47,379 bases of DNA from Oopsacas minuta. Lineage: Eukaryota > Animalia > Porifera. This document shows, piece by piece, positions 25,351-37,130 of the stretch. The first letter of the stretch is position 1, and each line of letters begins with the position of its first letter. The notes under the pieces were generated by a model. The model was not told the origin of the DNA. It made no database searches and saw only the letters and a program-made list of their open reading frames with translations. A program made the translations under genes and the position numbers. The stretch covers positions 1 through 47,379 of the forward strand of contig JAKMXF010000102.1 of NCBI GenBank assembly GCA_024704765.1, written 5' to 3'.

Positions 25351-26829
25351 TTAAAGGAAAACTATTCTTTAGCAAAGAGCGAAGCACAAAATAGTTTTGG
25401 AGATAACAGGCTATTGATCGAGAAATACATTCATAATTCTCGCCATATCGAGATTCAGATTCTATCCGACAATTTCGGGAATACCATTTCGCTGAATGAA
25501 AGAGAATGTTCAATTCAGAGACGAAACCAGAAGATTATAGAAGAGGCTCCTTCCACTTATGTTGATAATCAATTGAGAGCATTGATGTCAGCTCAAGCAA
25601 TCTCTCTTGCTAAATCTGTAGATTATAAATCCGCAGGTACCGTAGAATTTCTTGTTGATGAATTTCAAGGATTCTATTTTTTGGAAATGAATACTAGGTT
25701 GCAAGTAGAACATCCTGTAACTGAATACATAACTGGGTTCGATATTGTGAGAGAAATGATAAACATTGCTAAAGGGGAACCTTTAAGAATTACGCAAAAT
25801 CAGGTCCCAATGTTAGGCTGGGCAATTGAGTCTAGGATTTATGCAGAAGACCCTGTAAATTTCTTACCCTCCATTGGTAGAATTACTCAACAAGTTCTGC
25901 CTGATATTGATGGCAATATTTTACGATTTGATTGCGGTTTTACTTTAGGGTCTGAGATTACTATCCATTATGACCCTCTACTTCTAAAGTTAATTTCGTT
26001 TGGCAAGAATAGAGAGGAAGCAATTTCAAACTTAATTTTCGCATTAGATCAGTATATCCTCTTAGGTGTTAAAACAAATATTCCATTCATTTATTCAGTA
26101 TTGACGTGTTCACAATTTATACGAGGAAAAACTCATACAAATTTCATACCCGACGAATATCCTGGTGGCTTTACGGGATTAAAATTGAGTGAAAGTGACC
26201 AACACGCAATAAAAATGTGTGCATTTTTTATTTTTATCAATAGGAATACTTCTTTTGATGTCATTCCGCATTCAAAGATTTTTCCCTTCCCAACTTCTGA
26301 GATAAAATTATGGAATGTAATAATTTCTGGTGATCATTTGGAGAATTCCACTGTTATTGAAAGCGTTTCGGAGACAAATTACATCATTAAAGATTCTTTT
26401 ATTAAAGTTTCGGATGTTCAATTAATATGGAAGTTTTATGATCCATCACTTAATCTTCGAATCGGGCCTAATGTTTGGAATTTTCAATTCCTAAATTGTA
26501 ATCATGATTACATAACAATTGGCTTTAAAGGGGATATTCACCAATTTGAAGTACAAACCGTTAATGAATATGCTTCATCTCAGTACATTAAACCTAGGAC
26601 TGAAGATTCGAATTCCTCTTTCCTTACAGCCCCTATGTCTGGCAGAATTCATGATATTTTAGTGGATAAAGGGGATGATGTTATTAAAGGTAGCAGTTTA
26701 TTGATAATTGAAGCAATGAAGATGCATAACGTTTTAATTTCTCCTAATGAAGGGAGTATTAAGGAAATCAATTTTCGGATTGGTGATAATGTTGTTGATG
26801 GGGATTGTCTTTTGGAATTTGTGAATTAA
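25351..26829 (+). CDS. PCCA: propionyl-CoA carboxylase alpha chain, exon 2 (492 codons plus stop)
   Basis: Acceptor ttttgctttaatcttgtAG at 25349-25350, then LKENYSLAKSEAQNSFGDNRLLIEKY, RHIEIQ, ERECSIQRRNQK, FLEMNTRLQVEHPVTE and the biotinylation motif EAMKM. Confidence 0.93.
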   Translation, partial: LKENYSLAKSEAQNSFGDNRLLIEKYIHNSRHIEIQILSDNFGNTISLNERECSIQRRNQKIIEEAPSTYVDNQLRALMSAQAISLAKSVDYKSAGTVEFLVDEFQGFYFLEMNTRLQVEHPVTEYITGFDIVREMINIAKGEPLRITQNQVPMLGWAIESRIYAEDPVNFLPSIGRITQQVLPDIDGNILRFDCGFTLGSEITIHYDPLLLKLISFGKNREEAISNLIFALDQYILLGVKTNIPFIYSVLTCSQFIRGKTHTNFIPDEYPGGFTGLKLSESDQHAIKMCAFFIFINRNTSFDVIPHSKIFPFPTSEIKLWNVIISGDHLENSTVIESVSETNYIIKDSFIKVSDVQLIWKFYDPSLNLRIGPNVWNFQFLNCNHDYITIGFKGDIHQFEVQTVNEYASSQYIKPRTEDSNSSFLTAPMSGRIHDILVDKGDDVIKGSSLLIIEAMKMHNVLISPNEGSIKEINFRIGDNVVDGDCLLEFVN

Positions 26830-27195
26830 AAATTTTTCCTAGTATATTCTGTAATTGCCAAATTTACATTTCTATTCATTAAATTTGGATATAATATCGA
26901 AGATTGAAATCGTTTTTATAATTATATACTCTCCAACTAATTTAAGAAAGATTGTTCTCGAACATTGGATGATCACCCTATGATTTTTACAACGCTGATC
27001 CCAACTATCTAATTATTTTCCCACCATCAACCATTGTCTTTGAGAATGTGTTTTTCGTATATTTATTACATTCAGGGTGTATTCCAGGCCTATGCGACAC
27101 GCATATTAGCGCATAAATTTAGGCAAATATATAGGCCTACGAATATTTCTCTAAGCCATTAAATATTTCTCTCTATTTGTAGATAGAAACTCATA

Positions 27196-28503
27196 TAGAG
27201 TGGCCCATAAGTTCTGTCCTACAGATAAAAGGTCATAATTTTGGCAAAACTCACTGAAATGACTTAAAATCTTAACACAATAACATACACATTATTTGGA
27301 TAATAATATATATTAGGCTTATTCAGTATCCACCTTTTTTCTTAATTACAGCCCTAAGTCGTGAAGGAACCGCCTCTGCTGCAATTCGCATGGTTTCCTG
27401 AGGGATTTCACTCCAAGCACGTATTATTGACCGCTTCAGGGCCTCCAAATTTTATGGGATTTACAACAAGCCTTTGTTTATAATATAGACCAAACTGAGA
27501 AGTCTAGACGGTTAAGGTCCGGACTAGATGGGGGCTATTCCTGTTTGGAAATAAAGTCAGGAATTTCTGAGTGAAGCCAGCTTTGAGTGGTATTTGCTGT
27601 ATGAGCAGGGCACCGTCTTGTTGGAACAAAAAGGGTTTATTGTTAAACATTGACTTGCTAAGATCTTTGACTATAGGATTTAGAACAAGTTTTTGGTAAA
27701 TTTGAGCATTTATTTTTACCCCAGTTGTGATGAAAACTATTGGAGTCCGGCCAAGTGAGGATATTCCAGCCCAAACCATAACAGAACATATTTTCGGTGG
27801 TCTTTTTGCATATCTGTACTCCTCAGGGATGGTAGACGCTGTAGGAGACAATATTATGTCGTTTTGTTGATTATAAGCTTCCTCTATCGGAAATAATTTC
27901 TCATCTGAGAACAAACGTGATCAAGACCTTGGACAGCGAACCTGTCAATGAGACCTTTGCTTCTCTTCAGCCTTTTCTCCTTCATTACCTTTGAAAGATA
28001 GTGTACTTTACGTTTTTTAAATGAGAATAAACCCAGGTCTCTTTTGGTAATTCTTTGGAGGGAAGAACGAGATACTTTGAGCTCTGTAGCCATTTTTCTC
28101 ACCGATCGGCTGGGATTTCGCTACACACGACCTATTACGATTTTTCTCATCTTTGTTGTCGTTACAGATGCGGGACGACCAGTTGTGGACTTGTCAGAGA
28201 CGCCGCCAAGATCTTTATACCTATTAATGGTACGGTATACAAACTTTCGCCTCGTTTTAGGAATATTGAGAATTTTCAAAATTTCACTTTGATCTTTTCC
28301 CTTTTCGATATAATTCGATAATTGTCAACCTTTCCGTTTCCATCGAGGAATTTGTCTAGATAAAACTATGAGATGTTAAGATGAACTGTTTAGAATACTT
28401 ATAATCCTAAATAGAAGCTTGAAAGCAAAACCTATTACCTAGCTTTGCCATAAAATCTATGGTTATGTAGTAAAGTGTGGGACAGAACTTATGGGCCACC
28501 CTG
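27196..28503 (-). mobile_element. full-length maT (DD37D) element, transposase pseudogene
   Basis: TIRs (c/t)agggtggcccataagttctgtcc flanked by TA. ATG at 28343 (METERLTII), then FSDEKLF and QQDGA...SPDLNRLD with 37 residues between the Ds after frameshift correction. Confidence 0.9.
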
Positions 28504-29080
28504 TATATCTTAATATTAAATGTATTGTCAAGGCGTATGAAATGATTTAGAATCTATTTCTAGTCTTATGGCCTGAGAACTTGAAAACATGTTTACATTC
28601 CTTGCAAATTATATAGAAGACCTTATAGGTCAAGTGTAAATCATATTTATACCCTTAACAAATTAGAGATATGTATTTATCTGAACTTTTAAATTATTTT
28701 GTCTTAGATCGATTTATGAAGCAATATTAGTATAGTCACGGAACCCTATATTACCCGGACGTGACAAAGCCAAACCACAGTCAAAATGCATAGGCTGAAA
28801 ATTGTTAGACTGAAAATATGGTCAATTCTGTATTCTAGTCACTAAATTTGGTGTCTAACATAATCTTTGGGCGCTGAATCCAAAAATGACAATTTAAAGG
28901 TTCATAAACTCACTCCCCGCCCTAATTGGGGAAAAAGGCGTAATCACACCCAAATATGCTCAATTGCATATTTTTCTATTACGTCATCATATCACTAAAT
29001 TCGCAATTTCCTCTCAACTAGGAACAATATTCATGAACATATGATAAATAAATTGTTGACCTAAATATATATTACTATAA

Positions 29081-29175
29081 CACAGGTCAACAAGGTATTT
29101 TCATTACAGATCATCTAGGATTTTTCTAACGTGATTTTTTTTGTCCTGATTTCAAATCTGCTCTTCGTTTTTATC
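29081..29175 (+). mobile_element. Chapaev-type terminus interrupted by Tc1
   Basis: TAA|CACAGGTCAACAA terminus related to those at 31311 and 33059, but a shorter, different subfamily. Confidence 0.6.
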
Positions 29176-29177
29176 TA

Positions 29178-29327
29178 CACTGCCTGGCCAAAAGTATTGG
29201 AACACCCTGCCACAATTAATACCTGAAACAAAGGGTATGCTCTCATAGTTGTATAAGCTAAAGATGATTTCAAAAAATGTTCAACATAAATATATCGTAA
29301 AACGAATGATAACAAGCTATTGTTCTA
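29178..29327 (+). mobile_element. Tc1 terminus cut by gap
   Basis: TA|cactgcctggccaaaagtattggaacaccc is a typical Tc1 TIR. Confidence 0.75.
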
Positions 29328-29328
29328 N

Positions 29329-29496
29329 TTCCATGGTCAATCACAATTTTTTTTCGAAATAGAATACACCAAATTGAAATAATATTTGTTAGGAAGCGTA
29401 TAAGGTATGTCATGGGAGAGCAAACCATTGAGAATATTTCCTGGTAATTGTTGTATATTAATCATGATTTTGTATCAGAACTTTGGAGCCACCCTG
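29329..29496 (-). mobile_element. 5' end of a second maT element
   Basis: TIR cagggtggctccaaagttctgatacaaa is identical to 42846-42873. The minus strand ends ATG GAA right at the gap. Confidence 0.8.
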
Positions 29497-29999
29497 TATT
29501 CGGGCAAAATGCACCTAATTGTATTATCGTGAATAATATTATTGCCTCTAATTTAATGGAGTATTCCACTCGAGCCCTTGGAAGCACTGCTTCATCCCTC
29601 CGAAATCTACTTCATGGATTTATCTTTGTCCTTGTTTTGGTTTACTACATGAGAAATGGGCGAGAGACAAGATCATTTGTCGCATTTTACATCCTATAGA
29701 CCGTCCGGATCCAATAGAAGAATCCGAATATCTACTAGAGGTATTTTGACGAATAGCACTGTGGCTATCAAACACCTGAAAAATATACATGGAATTTCAA
29801 AACTTGATTATTATTCAAACCGAATGAGACGATTAAATCTGTAAATCTTGATGGATTTAATGTTGATTTGACGGGCAATTACAAAGTAAGCACAGTTATC
29901 TCACTAAGCATACAGTAAAAACCCTTAATCAATTATGAGCAATGTTTGCTCATTATGTCATATGTCTTAAATGTAGTTATACGTGATCTTCACGCACAG

Positions 30000-31100
30000 T
30001 CACAAATTTAAGGAGAGGGCATGCGTCAATTTATGAATTCAGCTGTTGTGTCTCCAATATAATTGGGTGGCGAATATTTAGGCCAAATGGTGGATTTATT
30101 GCGTGGAAGAATTAAAGACAAGCTCTTACTTATTGAAATTTGAAAACATGGTACTTCTAATTCTCAGGCTCTATTGATTTATGGCATTCGAAAGGGATTA
30201 TTGGCATTATTGTTTCTCATATAGAACCAATTACATTCCAACATACGGTTATTTTTATAGGAGTAGTAGAATTCACAGATTCACATCAGGAGAATTGACA
30301 TAGGGAAGATAAATGATATAATTCTCAATTCGAAATACCTGGTTGTGGAAACATTAGTGATCTTTCATATGCCGTATCACATGATAATTTTCCAAAGTTA
30401 CTGAAGGGAAACAAAGACTATTCATGCCGTTTGCCATACTATTTAAATGACTCCAAGTCATGAGTTATTTCAAGGAATTTCAAGATATCCCTATGTCAAC
30501 TTTATCACACGCGCTAGTGATATTATACAATCAGCTAGGAATATTATTGGACATTTTCATCATGTTTCGGATACCAATTATGGTTTCATTCAAATTTATT
30601 CTGGCCATGATATTCCTCAAAATGATCTTATACAAGATAACGACACAAGATGGGACTCATGACTTAATTTGTAGCTTGATAAATAATTTAATATTTTGAA
30701 TTATATGCCCTTCAACACCCTGGAAAATCTATGACTTAATGTATCCAAAGAGTAATTTTGGATTTTATGGAGTTCTATCCAAAAACAAATGGGTGACTAA
30801 ATTATTGCAAGGCGATTATCCCACAATATTAATACATCCATTCATCAAGTTTCTATTAAAATCTCTTAGTCCTGAACGCCCTATATTTATTGAGACTCAT
30901 TGCTTAAGTGTAATGCTAGACGAGGAAAACTTGAATGGCTAGTATTGAGTATGCCAATATTGTATCTAGTTCTTCTGTTGAGAGGTTGTTTAGTGCCGCA
31001 GGTAGAGTAGTTACCAGGTACAGAGCAAATCCTAAACCTGAGGGCGTAAAATTATATTAGTAGTTGATACAAATGAGGACTAATGGATGGAAGACTCGTG
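30000..31100 (+). mobile_element. degenerate hAT transposase
   Basis: IDLWHSKG, AVCHTI, IIGHFHH, LIQDNDTRWDS and VERLFSAAGRVV occur in order. Confidence 0.75.
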
Positions 31101-31310
31101 GGAAGGAACAAAAGGATACTTTCATGCAAACCTTTTTCAAAGAATTAGTAGGCAGAAGTTTTTCAAGTTGGCCTGTTTAAACAAAAGCAAAAGAAGAATG
31201 ATAAATGGACAAAAATTTCGAGACTAGCATTTAGGAAATATCATTTCTAAAGTCTCAATTGGAGAAAATTTTATTAGGAATATTGCCATTTTTACAAATT
31301 CTTATAATTA

Positions 31311-32712
31311 CACAGGTCAACAAATTTTCACTTATTTTTCTCATCAAGCAAAATGGGTATTTTTCTAGACCACCTTTTGTGCTGATTTAAACCCTGCTAT
31401 TCATTCCTCTCTAACACGTATACATTTTTATATTCTAGCTTGGAATTTTCGAATTCAATTCGAAATATTACATATTTTATTATCCTTACTTAGTGCTAGA
31501 AGTTGTTCAGCTAACTAATGTTACTTGTTATTTGAGTCTTAATCTGATTAATTCAATAATTCATTGAGTATCAAATTAGAATCTAACTATCTTGCAATAG
31601 AAAATTGAAAAAATTTCACATTTGTGAAATATATAAGTTGAATAAACAAAAAGAAAAAGGTTTAAGACGTCAAAAACGTTGAGAGTAAGAATTTCTTTTG
31701 TAAACTCTATTGGCTTCATCCCTGTATAACACCCAGCAATAGTCCGCCATCATACTGTCATTCCAGAACCTTGATATCGATTTTCCATTCTGAGAATGTC
31801 TTGGTGAAATCGTTCGCCCTGTTCATCGCTTACAGCACTAAGGTTTTCTGGAAAAAAATCAAGATGGGAGTGCAAAAAGTGTAATTTCAATGACATACGG
31901 CATCCCATGTTTTCATATGATTGTATTAAGTTTTTTACTCCCTCTATATACTCTGTTGACTTCATATTACCTAAAGAGTTTTCACAAATCCATTTGAAAG
32001 ATTTCCAAGCTGTGAATTCCTTAGCGGAAAGTATATTGTCAAATTCTTCATCCTTGAGAACTTCACTAATTTGTGGTCCAATAAATACACCCTCTTTAAC
32101 CTTAGCATCACTTAGTATGGGAAATTTCTCAACAATATAGCGAAACCCTGTAGAATGTGTTTTACCCATTGTTTTGACGAAAGTTTTCATCAATCCGAGT
32201 TTTATATGAAGTGGTGACAAAAAGATAGTATTAGGATCTACCCATAGTGTATATTCAATATTGAATGTTCCTACTTCAATATTTGTCCCCCTGGGCTAAT
32301 CACGCTTTTTGAAATGATCTATTGTTGTACCACTGCCCCATAAACAAAGAAAGCAACAATATTTGGTGGATCCTTGTTGCAGTCCCATTAACAGACCAAT
32401 GACCTTAAGATCCCCACATGTATTCCACCTGTATGTTCTATATTTGATTGCGGCCAAAACTTCTTCCAGGTCTATATGGGACTCCTTAAGATATACAGAG
32501 TGAACAATTGGAATTGCAGGATTTTTATTTCTGTTATGCAATAAAACGGATTTGAAGCTACGTTTCGATGAATCAATATATAGGCGCCAATCAGAAGATG
32601 AACGTCCCTGTGACAAACTAGAAAACAGCTCATCAATATCATTAGAATAACAGAGAGGACCATCAGCTGTAAAATATTGAGCCAAATCAAAATTTCGTTT
32701 ACGCTAGTGGGA
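31311..32712 (-). mobile_element. Chapaev3 (CMC superfamily) transposon, 3' part
   Basis: CGDLKV, PLHIKLGLMK, MSLKLHFLHSHLDFFPENL and SDEQGERFHQD. TIR TTA|CACAGGTCAACAAA. Confidence 0.85.
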
Positions 32713-32713
32713 N

Positions 32714-33059
32714 TATTTCCCCTTAGTTTGTGAGTAGTTGATACATGCATGAATGTGAATAATTATATGTAAGAGCTAGGATAATAACTGATATTATCTT
32801 GGCATTAATCTAAAACATCGAAACGTTGATTGATTTCTGATGGCTATCATGTAAGAAGACAAAAAGACAGCCACTACCATAAAATAACAGGAAAAATTTA
32901 GGAAATACATAAAAATCGTTGACTTGTAATTGGAAAAAAAAAAACTGGACGTGCTGGAAAGAATCTGAAACCAGATTTGAATTCAGCGTAAAAAACTAGC
33001 TTAGAAAATGTCAATCTAATACTTGATGAGAAAATGAAGTTAAATTTTGCTGACCTGTG
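32714..33059 (-). mobile_element. Chapaev3 5' end, inserted into a Ginger integrase
   Basis: The ~100-bp TIR (minus: CACAGGTCAGCAAAATTT...) aligns with 31311 onward. Flank is TTA at 33060-33062. Confidence 0.8.
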
Positions 33060-34655
33060 TTATAGTTAAGACCCATTTATAGCCATTTCTTGAGAGAATA
33101 TCTTCGCTATCGAAATCTATTTGTGTCAGATCAATTTGGACACGTTCGAAAACACAGGATGTTTTAATGTGCTTGTAATGTCCTCGCTTGGAGAAGTGCA
33201 ATGGTAGGCAAGCAGATTTCACAATTCTACTCGGAATAGGTATTCTTGAAACGATAGTCTTCTGCACCCCAAATGTGGAAATGAGATTTTATAGATTTAA
33301 TAAGTGCTGTAAGTTTGGGGTGATTTAGTTTGTCGTGGTAGCATTCAATAACAATTTGTAACATTCCATCTGATAAAACAAGTTTCTCTCCTTTTTTCAG
33401 TAAGTAACCATTAACTGTGTTTCCTAAAGTATAAAATATAATTTTAAGATCTCGATTAGAAAACAGGCTCTTTGAATGAAATTTATCTTACCTTAAGAAT
33501 ATGCTCGTATAGTCTTTTCTGAATAAATCCTCTCTACAGTTTACGGTTTTCTTTGACTTTTGGTTTGATATTCTCAATTGACAACCTAATTAGTTATGTA
33601 TTGGCCCATTGCTTTTCGATGCTGTTTCCAACTTAAATATGTGATATGCAATACATACATCTGATCCTGAGAATTTTCGCCTTTTGTTCAGCAATACTCT
33701 CAAATCACCAAGAGTGAACATATCAGGTGAGATTTCGGAGACAAGAGGAAGTAATTCTGTCAGTTTCTTGGAAAGTTCACCATTAACTGTGCTTTCTTGA
33801 TCAAGGGTTTCTGGAGAATCTGAAAAAGATGTTTCGAATTCACATGCATCCATAGAGTATTCAAAATTGGACTTTATAAAATTCAGAGTTTAAATTTATG
33901 AGATTAAATGACAATATGCAAATTAAACACAAGGAGAATACTATATAATGTGATATGCTAAATACAATCTAAGCGCATACATTTATACGTAGTAGAAACT
34001 GACAAGAAAATATAATCTGCGATAATATGTATTGTATTTTCAGGACATTAGTTATCTTTTACTACCAACTCATAAATATAGTTTCAAGTGCTAAAAAATG
34101 ATTGATTTAGAAATGCATCATTGTTAAATATTATAACAACTAGATCCTTATTAACCACACAACCCTAGCAGTAATATAAGTTTACCAGTTAGTCGGGATT
34201 CATATAACAAGAAAGTATAACTACAATACGCTCTAGTCCACGAACGACGGACACACAAACGTCTCACTTAGTGAATGTGTTCAAAATAATCAAGTAACAC
34301 AAATTCTGTGGAGATTCAATAACATGAATGTATGTGATAACCCACTAAGGGAATTTTGTGGCTTGATCACCTTTATTGATCACTATTATACAGATAAAAC
34401 ACTAAACTGAACAATAAATCACAATTTTTAATTTGGGGAGGGGGCACCCCAAAATATCGAGGGCGATCCAAAATATATGATAAGTTATAAAATTTGGGGG
34501 GAGGGCACCCCGAAACTTGAGAGACCTCAGGATTATAGATCACTATATAAAATTTGGTGAGGGGGCACCCCTAAATAGAGAGGACACCTCAAAAATTAAA
34601 GATAAAAAATTCCATTTGGGGGAGGGGGGGGGCCACTCCCAAATGAACCTCTACA
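33060..34655 (-). mobile_element. Ginger2-like element, 5' part (260-bp G-rich TIR, spliced HHCC-integrase N-half)
   Basis: Minus strand starts TGTAGAGG. GT-AG intron at 33424-33491, then YHDKLNH..CQK and RVQIDL..GYKWVLTI, stopping at the Chapaev3 insertion. Confidence 0.8.
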
Positions 34656-34660
34656 ATAAC

Positions 34661-35212
34661 TAGTTTCCAAAAGGGATATGTTGTTATTTATAATTCGATT
34701 TTCCTTAATAAGCGCAGAGCTTTTAAAAATCTTATTTAGGGAATGCTATTCAATTATCACAATTTTGAATCTGTATATTTTGACCGAATTTTTTGGTGGA
34801 TTTTGATCAAATTTTCTTAGCTCGAACTTTGATCGAAATTTCCCTTTTCATCATTCGATCAAAGTTCGACATAAGAATATTTGATCAAAGTTCTACAAAG
34901 GCAATTATTTTTCAACGAGTTTTTCAGACGATATCCCAGAAGACTCCAGATAACTAATGTATTAACAGAATATATTTGTATTCACTAAATAGTATAAATA
35001 AAATTATGTAATCTAAACATCTAAACACATTTCTTTGCATCTGCACAATATCGCACTCCTCCTACTATGTGACAAGAACATCTGTACATCAATATCTGAG
35101 CTTCTAAGATTCAAAAAATATTTTGGGGTACCTGCCCCCTGTCCCCCCTTACCGTTACTCAATTAGCTGGCTCCAGAGCACCCTCCTCACGATAATCCTG
35201 GATACACCATTG
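34661..35212 (-). mobile_element. non-autonomous hAT-like element, one arm (host of the Ginger insertion)
   Basis: Terminus cctggatacaccattg (35197-35212) matches cctggatacgccactg (46091-46106) at 14/16. Both are flanked by GAACC once E is inverted. Confidence 0.7.
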
Positions 35213-35308
35213 GGTTCCACAAGTCCAGAATATCGTCAAGAGGAATAATCCAATATCCAGCGAAATACATAAATCACTGAATACTCACTCTTTGGGTATG
35301 ATTGACAA

Positions 35309-35407
35309 ATGGTGGCATGTATGCAGCGCTCTGAATATGGGAAACTTTAAATTCGTGAGATTCGTGAAAAATCTCACGATTCTATATTTAGATTGCAAAT
35401 TGGTATT
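35309..35407. repeat. 99-bp exact inverted copy of the window end
   Basis: Identical to the reverse complement of 47281-47379, with internal cgtgagatt/aatctcacg inverted motifs. Confidence 0.9.
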
Positions 35408-35735
35408 TTTGTGTTGACTGACACCTTATAGCCATGTAATTTCAATATATTATCAGGGTTTGCCGTACACTATCCTAAATCCGTATTTCATAAAGTTTCA
35501 TGATAGAGCTCTAAATTTTCTACCACGTATTCATATGATGGTGAACTCTCTAAATATGCTATAAAATCACTTTGTAAGGGTAAACTGAAAAAAGGGGTAC
35601 AATTTCCGATGAATTTCACATGGTTCCCTGTTCCATACCCAGAATGGTCCCTTTCCCCTACAACAATTCTTGATCCTCCTTTACTAGATGTTCAACAATT
35701 GCTTTTAATGATAATCTAGCAGTTTTATCTATGCA

Positions 35736-36386
35736 ATGTTATTTTCTCTTCGATCTTTTCTAGTGGAACGATCTTTCCATCATTTAAGGCATCGTTTTTA
35801 TGATATTAGTTCCAGATCCAATTCGAAGTTTTATCATGAACATTCTCTTTCACAACTTCCATTTGATAAAATCCTGGTTGCTAATCGTGGTGAAATTGCT
35901 TGTCGGATCATTAGAACATGTCGTAGCATGGGAATTAAAACCGTTGCTATCTACAGTACTATTGATAGCCATTCATTGCATGTACGGCTTGCAGACGAAT
36001 CTTGGTGTGTTGGTCCTCCATCAATTTCTTCAAGTTATTTAAACATGGATTCAATTTTGAATGCTGCAATTTCTACTAATTCACAAGCTGTCCACCCTGG
36101 TTATGGGTTTCTATCTGAAAATTATAAATTTGTCGATTTATTAGAATCTAATGGGCTTGTTTTCATTGGTCCTGGTTCTAATGCTATCAAATTAATGGGA
36201 GATAAAATTCAAAGTAAGCTTTTAGCCCGAAATGCCAATGTCAATACAATTCCTGGCTACCTGGGAGTTATTTCTGATGAAATGCATGCCTTTGATATTG
36301 CTAATGAAATTGGATATCCCATAATGATTAAAGCTTCAGCCGGTGGTGGAGGAAAAGGGATGAGAATTACCAACGATCATGAACAA
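35736..36386 (+). CDS. PCCA: propionyl-CoA carboxylase alpha chain, exon 1 (217 codons: mitochondrial presequence plus biotin carboxylase N-part)
   Basis: Arg/Ser-rich N-terminus, [23 protein letters not shown] and [13 protein letters not shown], with donor CAA|GTAAGC at 36387. Joining to 25351 gives a continuous 709-aa protein. Confidence 0.93.
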
Positions 36387-36751
36387 GTAAGCACTCTTTA
36401 ATTTAACCTGATGAAATCATATATTTTTGTTCAAGTATTTTTACAGCCTATGCCATGTCAATTCACCTAACAAAAGTGTGAGCATATACAGAATTATTGA
36501 TATTGCCACGTTACTAACTTTATTAGCCCACGTGCACAAACCTTTTACAATATACGACTTTATGCGAATTTTGTTTTGTATCTTTGGAAGCTATTGAGAG
36601 TAGATTGCGAAATTATATCTTAGCATTCCCAGTGAAACAATGTCGAGTTCCGACCATAATCTCTATATATTTGAAGTAGACCTCAGACAATATCTTTCTA
36701 GATTGCATGTAATTGTGGAAAACTTATCAAACAATTACAGATAATTCACTC

Positions 36752-37130
36752 TAGCGCGCTTCGCTTGCTAGGTCGCTGCGCGACAGCTTGGTGCCTCAGG
36801 CTAACTTGAGCATTAAACAGCTAAATATCTTACTGCTTTTGGGCGCTACGCAACCGGATGTACTCAGCACTACGTGCCTCGAGGTTAAGTTTTTGCGGAT
36901 ATTTTTCTTTGTATTATCCATAGTCCATCCACATCTCTTAGTAATCTGGGCAATTTGTTTCTATAGTGTTATCAAATTCTAAAAAATATCAAATTTTGGA
37001 TACTTTGATTTTTGTGCACAGTCATGATGAATTAGTATTTCGCAAAAATCATAACTTCAGGACATTTGCCACATCGAGGGGTACCTGTGATTTAATTTCA
37101 AGCTTCTATCTTGTATATTGCCTGAGCTCT
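36752..37130 (+). mobile_element. Helentron/DINE-1-like element, copy 3 (inside the PCCA intron)
   Basis: cgcttcgcttgc..cgacagcttggtgcctcaggctaacttgagcattaaacagctaaat matches 2665-2740 and continues collinearly. Confidence 0.65.

Noticed and set aside
29081-29175. This Chapaev terminus as partner of the 31311 or 10514 Chapaev3 pieces, which would orient contig C
   Set aside because: Its TIR is a shorter, different subfamily and the TWA TSD is uninformative.
35670-35735. Spliced-leader acceptor sites upstream of PCCA (and similarly NEK11)
   Set aside because: Pyrimidine-AG motifs are common in AT-rich DNA and cannot be supported without transcript 5' ends.
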